A stretch of DNA of 56,088 nt from an uncultured archaeon. Lineage in GTDB: Archaea > Iainarchaeota > Iainarchaeia > JAADDC01. The stretch is taken from assembly GCA_964486025.1 (NCBI GenBank), contig CAZAKL010000003.1, forward strand, positions 1 to 56,088. Reading direction: 5' to 3'. Every line of letters starts with the position of its first letter. Position 1 is the stretch's first letter. The notes under the pieces were generated by a model. The model had not been told where the DNA came from. It ran no database searches and was given only the letters and a program-made list of their open reading frames with translations. Shown here piece after piece: positions 26,029 through 34,428 of this stretch. A program made the translations under genes and the position numbers.

Positions 26029-26866
26029 TCCTATCTATTATTCTCTTCAACCTTTCTCTCTTAATAAATCCCAGCCTCTTCATTCTTCTCTTCAGCAGGG
26101 GAAGGGTGTGGGGGCTTAGCTTCCTTTCTTCATACGGCAGGTCCCAGAGAAGCTCTTTCACTATTTCTTCAGGGTCGGTTTCTGAAAGTTTTTTTTTAAC
26201 GTTTTCTTCAAGGGTTTCCCTGAGGTCTTCAAGGAATTCTTTAAGGTCTTCCTCGCTTATCTCTTTCAGCATAAAGACGCTTCCTGTAAGCCCCAAGGTG
26301 TTCACGGCGAGAAGTTCCTCGTAGGGAACGGGGACTCTCTTTTCGTCTGCAAGGTCAAGTATTTCGTCAAGCTCTACCTTTCCCTCTTTAACTATGAAAT
26401 AGAGGTCAACGAGGTCTTTGAGTTCTGCCCTGTCTTCAAAGGCGACTATTTTGTTGACGGCTATGTTTTTGAGGGTGTCAAGATAGAAGTTTTCAACTTT
26501 GCGGGGATTTTTAAGGGGGCGGTCTGCTGCAAGGTCTATCTTGAGCTTGCATCTTCTGTCAACCTGAACATAGAGCCTGCCGAAGGAAACGGTAGAGCGC
26601 TCAACTTCTACTGGGTATCCAAGGTTTTCTATTTCCCCTACTATGACTGGAAGGGCGGCCTTGATGTTTTCCTCTGCCGTGAAGAGGTCAAGGTCTTCAG
26701 AGAGCCTGTGGTGGAAGTAAAACCTTGAGAGTGCCGTTCCGCCGGTCAGATAGAAGGCACTGCCGAATTTCCTTCCAACGGCGTTCAGTATCTCATTCTG
26801 AACCGGGTAGAGAACGGTTGAGTAGTATTCAACTTCTTTTGCAGTTGCAGGTCTTATCCTGAACAT
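26021..26866 (-). CDS. Nucleotidyltransferase, AbiEii/AbiGii toxin family
   Basis: GGTALSRFYFHHRLSEDLDLF is the characteristic N-terminal NTase motif of this family. Size 281 aa. Confidence 0.75.
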   Translation of the reverse strand: MFRIRPATAKEVEYYSTVLYPVQNEILNAVGRKFGSAFYLTGGTALSRFYFHHRLSEDLDLFTAEENIKAALPVIVGEIENLGYPVEVERSTVSFGRLYVQVDRRCKLKIDLAADRPLKNPRKVENFYLDTLKNIAVNKIVAFEDRAELKDLVDLYFIVKEGKVELDEILDLADEKRVPVPYEELLAVNTLGLTGSVFMLKEISEEDLKEFLEDLRETLEENVKKKLSETDPEEIVKELLWDLPYEERKLSPHTLPLLKRRMKRLGFIKRERLKRIIDRTT

Positions 26867-26868
26867 GA

Positions 26869-27267
26869 TTAAAGTCCCGGTGAAAATTTGCGTCCTCTTA
26901 TCTCGTCTATGACCGCTTCTGTAACTTCGCTGACGTCTTCCACTTCGCAGTAGAGGTCAAGGATTTTCTCCTTCAGTTCTTCTGGAAGTTCAATATTTCC
27001 CCTGCCGTCAACGGAAAAGTCTCTGAGTTCCGAGTAGGAAATGCCGAGGTCCTCAGAAAGGGAACTCTTTATCTTTTCTTCCACCATCTCAAGCGGATAG
27101 ACTTCCCTTTCGTTCTTCAAAACCTCAAGGGCAATTTCCCTGACCAGCTCGTCAGGGTCAATGCCGTATATTTCGGCAACCTCAACTGCTTCCTCAATTG
27201 AACCGATTACAATTTTCCTCGTCACTTCGTCTATAAACGCATCCTTCCAGTTCCAGTCTGAAGTCAT
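26869..27267 (-). CDS. Acidic partner protein of the NTase (putative antitoxin)
   Basis: 2-nt gap to the NTase gene on the same strand. No wHTH recognised. Confidence 0.45.
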   Translation of the reverse strand: MTSDWNWKDAFIDEVTRKIVIGSIEEAVEVAEIYGIDPDELVREIALEVLKNEREVYPLEMVEEKIKSSLSEDLGISYSELRDFSVDGRGNIELPEELKEKILDLYCEVEDVSEVTEAVIDEIRGRKFSPGL

Positions 27268-27278
27268 GATTTCCTCTC

Positions 27279-28055
27279 TTATTTGCTTGCTACGGTAGAG
27301 TTTTTGAGAAAGTCTTGCGAAATTCTCTTGTAAAGTTCGGGAATAGCACCCTGAGTTGCATTAAAAAGTATTCCACCATCTGGTCTCCAAGCTACTCCAT
27401 ACAGCAGATATCTTCCCGCAAGTTTATTATCTATATAGACTTCTGCCAAACCTTTGAGCCACGGATATTTCTCGGTAAACCACGTTCCCATTAGGTATCT
27501 TCCTCCGTCAACTATGAGAACAATGATTTTGTTGCTACTTTTTTTTACGAGCTTTACTCCGTATTTTTCCGAAAAGCGACCTCCGAAGAGTTCGCGAAAA
27601 CCTATTTCCTTGCCTCTAAAAAGGACAAAAGAATCATCATTAAGTTTTTTCTTTAAGATTCTATTTGGATAAACCAAAATCAGCTCGAAATTCGGATTAA
27701 AAGTCTTAACTTCCCGTTTAAATAAGCATTCTATCACCCAGCTATTTCGAGGAACCGTTCTCATATAATTCTTACTTGCAAGTTCCGAAACTGTATATCC
27801 AACCGCTTGGGAAGTTGCAAAACCTCCAGAAGCTCCTACAAATCCACCGAGAAAGCCAGATGTAAAATCCACAATACTCTTTTTAAATCCTGTTTTCCCC
27901 GACACATCAGCTTCGAATTGTTTCTTGTTTATCCCTTTCTCGGCTTTCTTAAACTGATTTTCGTTAAAAGAAACGTTAGGATTTACTTCGACTTTGGAAA
28001 CAGAAGCACAACCGGTTATCAGCATCAAGGCTGGAATAATCAGCAGCTTTCTCAT
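27279..28055 (-). CDS. Lipoprotein of unknown function
   Basis: MRKLLIIPALMLITGCAS lipobox. AT-rich. The promoter uses the left half of the palindrome at 28109. Confidence 0.6.
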   Translation of the reverse strand: MRKLLIIPALMLITGCASVSKVEVNPNVSFNENQFKKAEKGINKKQFEADVSGKTGFKKSIVDFTSGFLGGFVGASGGFATSQAVGYTVSELASKNYMRTVPRNSWVIECLFKREVKTFNPNFELILVYPNRILKKKLNDDSFVLFRGKEIGFRELFGGRFSEKYGVKLVKKSSNKIIVLIVDGGRYLMGTWFTEKYPWLKGLAEVYIDNKLAGRYLLYGVAWRPDGGILFNATQGAIPELYKRISQDFLKNSTVASK

Positions 28056-28108
28056 CTTTTTCACCCTACATACGGTTCCACTTAACAAATTATTCTATCT
28101 TTTTTGAG

Positions 28109-28129
28109 TTGTCAAGCGACACTTGACAA
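28109..28129. promoter_or_regulatory. 21-bp palindrome TTGTCAAG-CGACA-CTTGACAA (back-to-back -35 boxes / operator)
   Basis: Perfect 8-bp arms. The minus strand reads TTGACA-N17-TAATTT towards the lipoprotein gene. On the plus side, TTGAAA-N16-TATAAT follows. One base differs from the copy at 33858. Confidence 0.6.
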
Positions 28130-28195
28130 TCTGGAAGACTTGAAATCCCATAACCCGTTATTATAATTATTTTTAAAGGTTTAACGAGGGGAAAC

Positions 28196-29611
28196 ATGAT
28201 AAAGCGACTGCTTTCGGTGGTAACTGCGGCAGCGGTGTTCGGAACTACCGTGCTTCCCTTTTATCCCGAGGAAGCCGAAGCTCTTCCCAAAATGCGGTAT
28301 TCGGTCTTTCAGAAGGGCGGTGACGTAGTGGTAGCGGTTTACAACCCTTACGCAAAAGAACTGAAGGTCATACACTACTGGCTCGGAATAGGCGTTCCGA
28401 GAGTCTATCAGTTCAGCAACACAGACTGCAAGACGTTTCCGATATGGACCTACGACGTTTCCGTTGATAAAACAAGAAAGATAAAGTGTCCGATTGACAG
28501 AAGATACAAGATAGAAGACCTTGATTGGTATAAATACATCGTCAAGGAAGACGGTAAGAAAGTGAACATGGACGGCGAGGACTTTTACGTCATCATACCG
28601 CCGTTTCTCAAATCCCCCGACGTTGACAGATATAGAGCCTGCCTCATCAGAGAAGGGGACGGAACTTCACCGCCATACTATTCGTATTACTGGCTTGACA
28701 ACCCCGGTGACGACTCTCAGGGATACATTGCGGGTATAGGTCCCGTATTTGGAGCTGTATGCAGGGAAATAGTTGACCCCAAATACATCAACCAGAGGTT
28801 TGGAACGCACTACGACAGGGGAGACTACGGGAAATCTGGACCGATAGAAAACGTCACTTTTAAGAACATATCCCTTTCCGACGCAATGGACCTCGTTGCG
28901 TCCTACATGAAAGTAAACGCAATTCCGATTGGACTTTTTGGCATAGAAACGCTGGATGTAACCAGAGAAACCCACAAGAGCTTATTCAAGAAGAAAGTCG
29001 TTTACAAGTGGTGGGAGAAAACGAACTGGAAAGTAATAGCCAAAGTTGATGGTGGAGTGCCATTCAAGTATGGCTATAACCTTCTAAACGGCGACGCCAT
29101 AGGAAACACACTTCCGCACAAGACAACCAAGATATATGAAGAAAGTCACAGCGGCTGGACAATGCTCGGGGTAATAGGATTTCAGCTGATAATGCTGGGA
29201 ATAGGTTGGGCTACTGGGTTGTTTAGCGTTGCTTCACCATACTTTGGGATGACTGATAAGATGTTTGCCGGAACCCTCGGCGGTTTCTTCGCCTTCAACG
29301 ATGTCTGGAACGTGGCGACGCAGGCTGGCGACACATACAAGTTATTCCAATCCGCAAACCCCGTTCCGTTCACCGACTTCACGAAAGACACGAGCGTTAC
29401 CACGGGCAAGGGATACGACCAGCTTGCCTCAAGGCTCAGAACGGGTTCGGACCTCCATCCGAACCTGAACGGATACACAGAAGCAAAGGACAGGCTTAAC
29501 GCAAGAGCCAAGTTCTGGAACTTGGGCAAGTTCCACCCGCCTTCGGACTATCCGAAAATCCAGTTTGACCTGCCAAAGGGCAAGGTAATAGTTCTTCCAG
29601 CAAATCAGTAG
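28196..29611 (+). CDS. Secreted/membrane protein of unknown function (471 aa)
   Basis: Signal peptide MIKRLLSVVTAAAVFGTTVLPF. Two C-terminal hydrophobic segments (GWTMLGVIGFQLIMLGIGWATGLF). Confidence 0.6.
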   Translation: MIKRLLSVVTAAAVFGTTVLPFYPEEAEALPKMRYSVFQKGGDVVVAVYNPYAKELKVIHYWLGIGVPRVYQFSNTDCKTFPIWTYDVSVDKTRKIKCPIDRRYKIEDLDWYKYIVKEDGKKVNMDGEDFYVIIPPFLKSPDVDRYRACLIREGDGTSPPYYSYYWLDNPGDDSQGYIAGIGPVFGAVCREIVDPKYINQRFGTHYDRGDYGKSGPIENVTFKNISLSDAMDLVASYMKVNAIPIGLFGIETLDVTRETHKSLFKKKVVYKWWEKTNWKVIAKVDGGVPFKYGYNLLNGDAIGNTLPHKTTKIYEESHSGWTMLGVIGFQLIMLGIGWATGLFSVASPYFGMTDKMFAGTLGGFFAFNDVWNVATQAGDTYKLFQSANPVPFTDFTKDTSVTTGKGYDQLASRLRTGSDLHPNLNGYTEAKDRLNARAKFWNLGKFHPPSDYPKIQFDLPKGKVIVLPANQ

Positions 29612-29621
29612 GGAGGACACT

Positions 29622-31325
29622 ATGCCAAGAAAATTGGTAGCTTTTCTAATACTTCTGCTTTTCCCTCTAACTGCTTTTGCGTATTACAAGACCGGCGTGG
29701 ATTTTCCGAACATACTGTTCGTCACGGCGAAGTGGGACGGAAGCAAATGGAAAGTTAAAGTCTCGGAGGCACCTCTTTACAGGGAAGCACCGGGGACGAA
29801 GCTGAAGACCAAAACAGTTGTAGAGGAAACGTGGGACTACCCTGACGGCGGCATGACGCTGAAGGACCTTGCAACCGCCCTGAACGGGGTGCTGGAAGTC
29901 AAACTTCCCGAATACGCGTCAACGTTCAATGCAAAAACCGTTATTGCCACTTTTCAGAAGGACTTTTCAAATACATACGTTGCAAGTTGGGATGGAGAAA
30001 GGGGATTTTACAGCTACGGCTGGCAGAAAGCAGGAAACAAAATTGGACTTTACTATTACTATTCAAAGTCCATAGACACTTCCACTCTTCCTCCGCCGCC
30101 TGCAGGTCTGCCTACTTCAGACCCCTCGTTAGCAACCAACCTCGGGAAATACAGGAGAATGATTATTTCCCTCACCACAGGTGAAGTTATCAGCGACGAC
30201 ATCGTTGACGTTAACGGTGCATACGACGCCGTTGATGACTCGGGAATAGACAGGTTTATCAGCGACGTCGTTGAACCCGACATAACCAAATACGGACTCT
30301 CATATGCGATAGTTCAATACATGTATTCCTTTACCCCCGTTCTTGACGCAGACGGGAAATATAAGATTTCAATTTCCATTCCGCACAGGGAAGTGGAGGT
30401 ATGTCCGGACGGCTCACAATACGATTGGGACACAAACACTTGCAGGAGAAGTGGAGGAGACGGCGTTTACTTTCTCACCGACAGCTTATTTTTGCTTGCT
30501 TTACCATTTGTAAGTAATGGACGATGCGATATAACAAATATTGGAGAAGTTGTTTTTAAGTCTCCTGGTTACTATAGCTTTAAATGTAGCAATGGTGCTG
30601 TAGGAAAGGTTTATTATTTTAAAGGGTTTTTAATCGAAGCTATCGTTAACGGTCAAAAGGTTTCTGCTCTATATAACGGTAGATATATATCCTCTAACTT
30701 CCGGCCTAATCCTAACGAGATGAACTACCTTGATATAATTTCTCCAACAGGCAGTTATCGTATTATCTTTCACAAAGCTCGTTCCGTCTCTGTTGCATTC
30801 GGTAGCAATGTCGTTCCTGTGAGTGTTAGTCTCGGTTTCCATGGTTACATCCTTTTTACCAAAGCTATCAAAGTTGGAAAAGCAACCTGTCGCATTATGT
30901 ATGAACCTTTAGGTAGTATTCTGTTTGGTTCTCAAGCTACTGATGAATCTTTGAAAATACCAGTTCCTGTAGGGACACAAGTTGAAGGAACTATAGATAT
31001 AGGAGGAACGGAACAAAAACCAGAATTTCGAAACTACAAAGAAACAATCCAGTATTCTTATCAGGTTGAAGCTGATTACAAGACCTATCTGATAGACAGC
31101 AACCTTAACAGGACTCTGATAGGATACGGTAAGAGAACGGGAAACTACTTTAGCTATTACTACGAAAAAGAGGTTAACTTCCCCGCTCTTTACAACGGTC
31201 AGGAGTGGACACCCGGTTCTGCGAAAGACCTGCTGAACATCATAATCACGCCAGAACACAACCGGTTCTACTTGATCTCGGCTTCCGAGAACGGAATACA
31301 AGTCGGTCCTTTAACCGTTAAGTAG
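29622..31325 (+). CDS. Secreted protein of unknown function (567 aa), compositionally mosaic
   Basis: Signal peptide LVAFLILLLFPLTAFA. The central ~600 nt are clearly more AT-rich with different codon choice. Confidence 0.6.
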   Translation: MPRKLVAFLILLLFPLTAFAYYKTGVDFPNILFVTAKWDGSKWKVKVSEAPLYREAPGTKLKTKTVVEETWDYPDGGMTLKDLATALNGVLEVKLPEYASTFNAKTVIATFQKDFSNTYVASWDGERGFYSYGWQKAGNKIGLYYYYSKSIDTSTLPPPPAGLPTSDPSLATNLGKYRRMIISLTTGEVISDDIVDVNGAYDAVDDSGIDRFISDVVEPDITKYGLSYAIVQYMYSFTPVLDADGKYKISISIPHREVEVCPDGSQYDWDTNTCRRSGGDGVYFLTDSLFLLALPFVSNGRCDITNIGEVVFKSPGYYSFKCSNGAVGKVYYFKGFLIEAIVNGQKVSALYNGRYISSNFRPNPNEMNYLDIISPTGSYRIIFHKARSVSVAFGSNVVPVSVSLGFHGYILFTKAIKVGKATCRIMYEPLGSILFGSQATDESLKIPVPVGTQVEGTIDIGGTEQKPEFRNYKETIQYSYQVEADYKTYLIDSNLNRTLIGYGKRTGNYFSYYYEKEVNFPALYNGQEWTPGSAKDLLNIIITPEHNRFYLISASENGIQVGPLTVK

Positions 31326-31328
31326 TGC

Positions 31329-31350
31329 GAAGGGACGGACACGTCCCTTC
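31329..31350. terminator. Bidirectional terminator hairpin between convergent operons
   Basis: Perfect 9-bp stem GAAGGGACG / CGTCCCTTC with loop GACA. Confidence 0.6.
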
Positions 31351-31388
31351 TATGCCTGCTTTCAGCCAGAATTCCGGAAAAATCTCTG

Positions 31389-31733
31389 CTATACCATTCC
31401 CTTGATGAAACCCCAAATGAAAAAGATAAGTATAGGAGCTAACATAAACACGACCAGAACAACTGCAGCGTCGTCCCTTCTCCGCTTCCTTTCGGGGGTT
31501 GGATTCCAGAGGAAAGCGAAGCACTCAAAAGAGAAGTAAAGGGATAAAAATCCAAGCACTACCACATAGGCGATGAACATGGTAAGGAAGGAATCCATAA
31601 GCCTGTAACTAGAGGAAAGGAGAATTATCCCCATCCACAGAGAGGCGAATCCGCCTGTCAGCGAGCTTGTAGCGAGGAGAAATGTCCACAATCTTTCCCA
31701 CACGCTTGTTTTTACTTCACGTGTTGTTCCCAT
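31389..31733 (-). CDS. Polytopic membrane protein (114 aa, ~4 TM)
   Basis: Hydrophobic segments; last gene of the subtilase operon. Confidence 0.55.
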   Translation of the reverse strand: MGTTREVKTSVWERLWTFLLATSSLTGGFASLWMGIILLSSSYRLMDSFLTMFIAYVVVLGFLSLYFSFECFAFLWNPTPERKRRRDDAAVVLVVFMLAPILIFFIWGFIKGMV

Positions 31734-31964
31734 CTACTCCTCCTCTAGCTCTTGCGGCGTGTTAAGAATAAGAGTTTCCTTGTGAACGCACACAAAGAGG
31801 TTCACAGGTTCATTACCTGCTTCCTTTTCTATGTGCTTTATATATTTTTCTTTTTTCTCTTCATCCTCATCCAGAAGAACGAGGAAGAGAGTTCTTTTTT
31901 TACCAAAGATGAAAGCATCGACGTAGCCTTCATCGTTGACCATCTCCTCGTAATACCAATCCAT
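31734..31964 (-). CDS. Hypothetical acidic protein (76 aa)
   Basis: Directly abuts the flanking genes on the same strand. Confidence 0.5.
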   Translation of the reverse strand: MDWYYEEMVNDEGYVDAFIFGKKRTLFLVLLDEDEEKKEKYIKHIEKEAGNEPVNLFVCVHKETLILNTPQELEEE

Positions 31965-33364
31965 TATTCACCCCCTTTAACTTTTTTCCATACCTCTTTA
32001 ACATATGCTACAAGCGCCCTCGGTGATGAAAAGGAAGTTCCGTAAGCAACCACCTTAACGTGATGCCTATATCTCAGATTCGTCCAGGGCTTTGCCAGAA
32101 CTTCGCCGTATTGATAGCGCTCTACTGAGCTTCCAGTGGTGTAAACGTTCTCAAGAAGCAATCCAAGAGCCTTTACGAGGTTTAAATCCTTTACGCTCTT
32201 ACTGTTGATGTTTCCTGCAGACTGGAAGAGAACTACTCCTTTGTTGTTCAGCTCTATCAGGTTCCTTGCTTTCTTCAGGCTTTCCAGAAATGTCCCTGCA
32301 TCTTTCGTTGAATCGCCCAGGGACACGTTTACGATGACAAACCCTTTCTCTTTTGCTATCTTCCTGAAAAGTTCTGCCAGCCTGCTTGTTAACCTGAACC
32401 CGAGAACGTATTTATTTCCCGTATTTACCTGTTCCGTTGCATACTCTACGGGAATGTTCTTCGGCATCAGCGACTTAATGGTGGCTTCAACTGCGCTTCC
32501 GTGCGTGAGAGTTGCAAAGACCGGGATAGGTCCGAAAAAGCCTACGGTCGTTTCCCTTTTCTTGAAGTCGTCAAGTATCACCACCTTGACCTTTTTCGCC
32601 TCTTTTAGTCTTCTTTTCGCCCTCTCAAGAGCTTCCTGCTGTGAAGACACCGTTATTCCGAAGTCCTTTTTCAGTTTTGAGAGGACAGAATACACGTCAG
32701 CTGCCCTGTCAGAGGGCTTACCGACAACCAGAGGTTCACTTGCAACAGAAGCTTTTACCAAGTCGCTTGGTCCGACAGAAAAGAAGAACGTGACCGCCAA
32801 TTGGACAATGAAAGCAGCAGAAAACAGCACGAAGAACTTTCTGTCCATAAAAGGCCTATATCTTCCCTTTTTGCTGAAAAGGACTTCCTTCCAGGAAGGT
32901 TTTGACCACATTTTCAAGAAATTGTAATTTGCAACGGACATTTCAAGGTAGCGCCGTATAGAGAAAATGATAGCCAACACGAGCAAAACACCTATTAGGA
33001 TATACAGGTGGGGGTTGCGTGCAAGGAAAACATATTCAAAGTGGAAAAGATCAAAGCACAGTAACAGTATCCCAACTACCGTTAGAACCTCTAACAGAGC
33101 TGAAGCCGTTTTATAGAGGGTGTTTCTTTTTACCCCCCTGTCTTTCAGAGTCACTATGACAGAAACCACCGTAGCGAATAGGAAGCTATTGATAAAGTGG
33201 AAAGCTATCACTAAGTATCCTTCACCGCCTTGAAGTCCCAAACTACCGCTTCTTATCAGGGCATATCTGTAAACCTCAGTAATCGCCAGAACGCCGATAA
33301 TAGGCCCAAGTATAATGGAAGCAAGCTCTAAAGAAGAGAGGCCCTTCTTCATTACTCCCTCCAC
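31964..33364 (-). CDS. Membrane-anchored subtilase (peptidase S8) with a polytopic N-terminal domain
   Basis: The catalytic residues come in subtilase order: D in VKVVILDDF, H in TLTHGSAVE, VIVNVSLGD, N in FQSAGNINS, S in YGTSFSSPRA. About 6 TM segments in residues 1-200. Confidence 0.8.
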   Translation of the reverse strand: MEGVMKKGLSSLELASIILGPIIGVLAITEVYRYALIRSGSLGLQGGEGYLVIAFHFINSFLFATVVSVIVTLKDRGVKRNTLYKTASALLEVLTVVGILLLCFDLFHFEYVFLARNPHLYILIGVLLVLAIIFSIRRYLEMSVANYNFLKMWSKPSWKEVLFSKKGRYRPFMDRKFFVLFSAAFIVQLAVTFFFSVGPSDLVKASVASEPLVVGKPSDRAADVYSVLSKLKKDFGITVSSQQEALERAKRRLKEAKKVKVVILDDFKKRETTVGFFGPIPVFATLTHGSAVEATIKSLMPKNIPVEYATEQVNTGNKYVLGFRLTSRLAELFRKIAKEKGFVIVNVSLGDSTKDAGTFLESLKKARNLIELNNKGVVLFQSAGNINSKSVKDLNLVKALGLLLENVYTTGSSVERYQYGEVLAKPWTNLRYRHHVKVVAYGTSFSSPRALVAYVKEVWKKVKGGE

Positions 33365-33579
33365 GGTTGAGTGAGTTTGTAAGCGATGTAAAGAGGTCCT
33401 CCAACTGCAGCTGCAAAGAGACCGACCATCACAATCGGAACCAGAACAAACCCGAAGGTCCAGAGCATGTCAAGGAAGATGTCAAAAACCGCGTTCTGAG
33501 CCTGAGGCGGTGCGTTTACCACCGCAATTGCCAGAACCGCCGTCACTATCCCTATCAATACAAATCCTCTAATTCCCAT
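33352..33579 (-). CDS. Small 2-TM membrane protein (75 aa)
   Basis: The ATG at 33579 is preceded by GGGGAGGT. The longer tracked ORF (to 33936) crosses another gene. Confidence 0.55.
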   Translation of the reverse strand: MGIRGFVLIGIVTAVLAIAVVNAPPQAQNAVFDIFLDMLWTFGFVLVPIVMVGLFAAAVGGPLYIAYKLTQPWRE

Positions 33580-33608
33580 CGCAACCTCCCCTATCTGGAT
33601 TATAGGGA

Positions 33609-33803
33609 TTAACGCTTCGACGTTAGCACCGAAATAGGAATCACAACTGCTATTGACACAATCATTGAAACAACAAATCCCCAGCCGATTGCATGGGTCA
33701 TGAACTTTATGAACGCCTCCTCTTTGTCGCCTACGGCGTTCACAAAAGCGTCGTAGTGCTTTGAGAACCTTATCACTGCGTCCCAGAAAGAGAGGCAGAA
33801 CAT
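33609..33803 (-). CDS. Small 1-TM membrane protein (64 aa)
   Basis: The ATG at 33803 is preceded by GGAGGTCAAAG. C-terminal TM WGFVVSMIVSIAVVIPISVL. Confidence 0.5.
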   Translation of the reverse strand: MFCLSFWDAVIRFSKHYDAFVNAVGDKEEAFIKFMTHAIGWGFVVSMIVSIAVVIPISVLTSKR

Positions 33804-33857
33804 CTTTGACCTCCGTAAAAGTTTTCTCACTTCCCAAGCTATTTCCTTTTTGAAAGG

Positions 33858-33878
33858 TTGTCAAGCAACACTTGACAA
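33858..33878. promoter_or_regulatory. 21-bp palindrome TTGTCAAG-CAACA-CTTGACAA (second copy)
   Basis: On the minus strand, TTGACA-N17-TAGCTT leads into the subtilase operon. 20 of 21 bases are identical to 28109-28129. Confidence 0.6.
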
Positions 33879-34040
33879 TACGATAGGATAGGACCGTATA
33901 TGACCAGGACAGAACAGGGTTGTATTCTGTGTGCAAAATCTGTGGACAAGACTTGACGCATAGTGAATTTAAGATAAATTTAACTTTGGAAGTTTCTAAT
34001 ATTATATGCTATTGGAAATTAGCATTGTCAATCTTAATGT

Positions 34041-34069
34041 TTGACATTGTTGATGTTTTGAAGTAAATT
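34041..34069 (+). promoter_or_regulatory. Sigma70-like promoter of the PIN toxin-antitoxin operon
   Basis: TTGACA (34041-46), 17-nt spacer, TAAATT (34064-69). TGTCAA at 34026-31 gives a divergent -35. Confidence 0.5.
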
Positions 34070-34070
34070 A

Positions 34071-34098
34071 CCTCCCAAAGTTGGAAAAACTTGGGAGG
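34071..34098 (+). promoter_or_regulatory. Inverted repeat abutting the -10 and covering the SD (candidate antitoxin operator)
   Basis: CCTCCCAAAG (34071-80) / CTTGGGAGG (34090-98), one bulge. The right arm contains the SD of the ATG at 34104. Confidence 0.45.
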
Positions 34099-34103
34099 TT
34101 GCC

Positions 34104-34424
34104 ATGAGAGTTGAGAAAAGTAGAGATGAGCTGAAGAAAAAGCTGGTTGAAAAGGCGAGTAAGAGGCAGTCGTTTGAGAACCTCGACAGACTGCTTGAGT
34201 GGGTTCTGAACGAAACGGTTGTAAAGGGTAAGAGGGAAATCGTGAGAAATCCTAAGGAGGCATTTGAAGACAGGATAGTCCTGGTAATGGACAGGAAAAC
34301 GCCTAAGGGCGTTTTTATAAGTTTTGATGCAGCTGCCGAGCTACCGGCAGAGTTGAGAGCTTTTCTCTCAATGGTGCTGAACGCCGGCGGCTGCAAACTT
34401 TTATCAAATTCTTTAAAGGAGTAG
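34104..34424 (+). CDS. Putative antitoxin of the PIN toxin (106 aa)
   Basis: Small gene 4 nt upstream of the PIN gene. No fold recognised. Confidence 0.5.
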   Translation: MRVEKSRDELKKKLVEKASKRQSFENLDRLLEWVLNETVVKGKREIVRNPKEAFEDRIVLVMDRKTPKGVFISFDAAAELPAELRAFLSMVLNAGGCKLLSNSLKE

Positions 34425-34428
34425 TGCT

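Noticed and set aside
33352-33936. 194-aa tracked ORF.
   Set aside because: Its first 119 codons run across the separately supported 64-aa gene and the palindrome/promoter. A strong SD precedes the internal ATG at 33579, so only the 75-aa C-terminal part is called.
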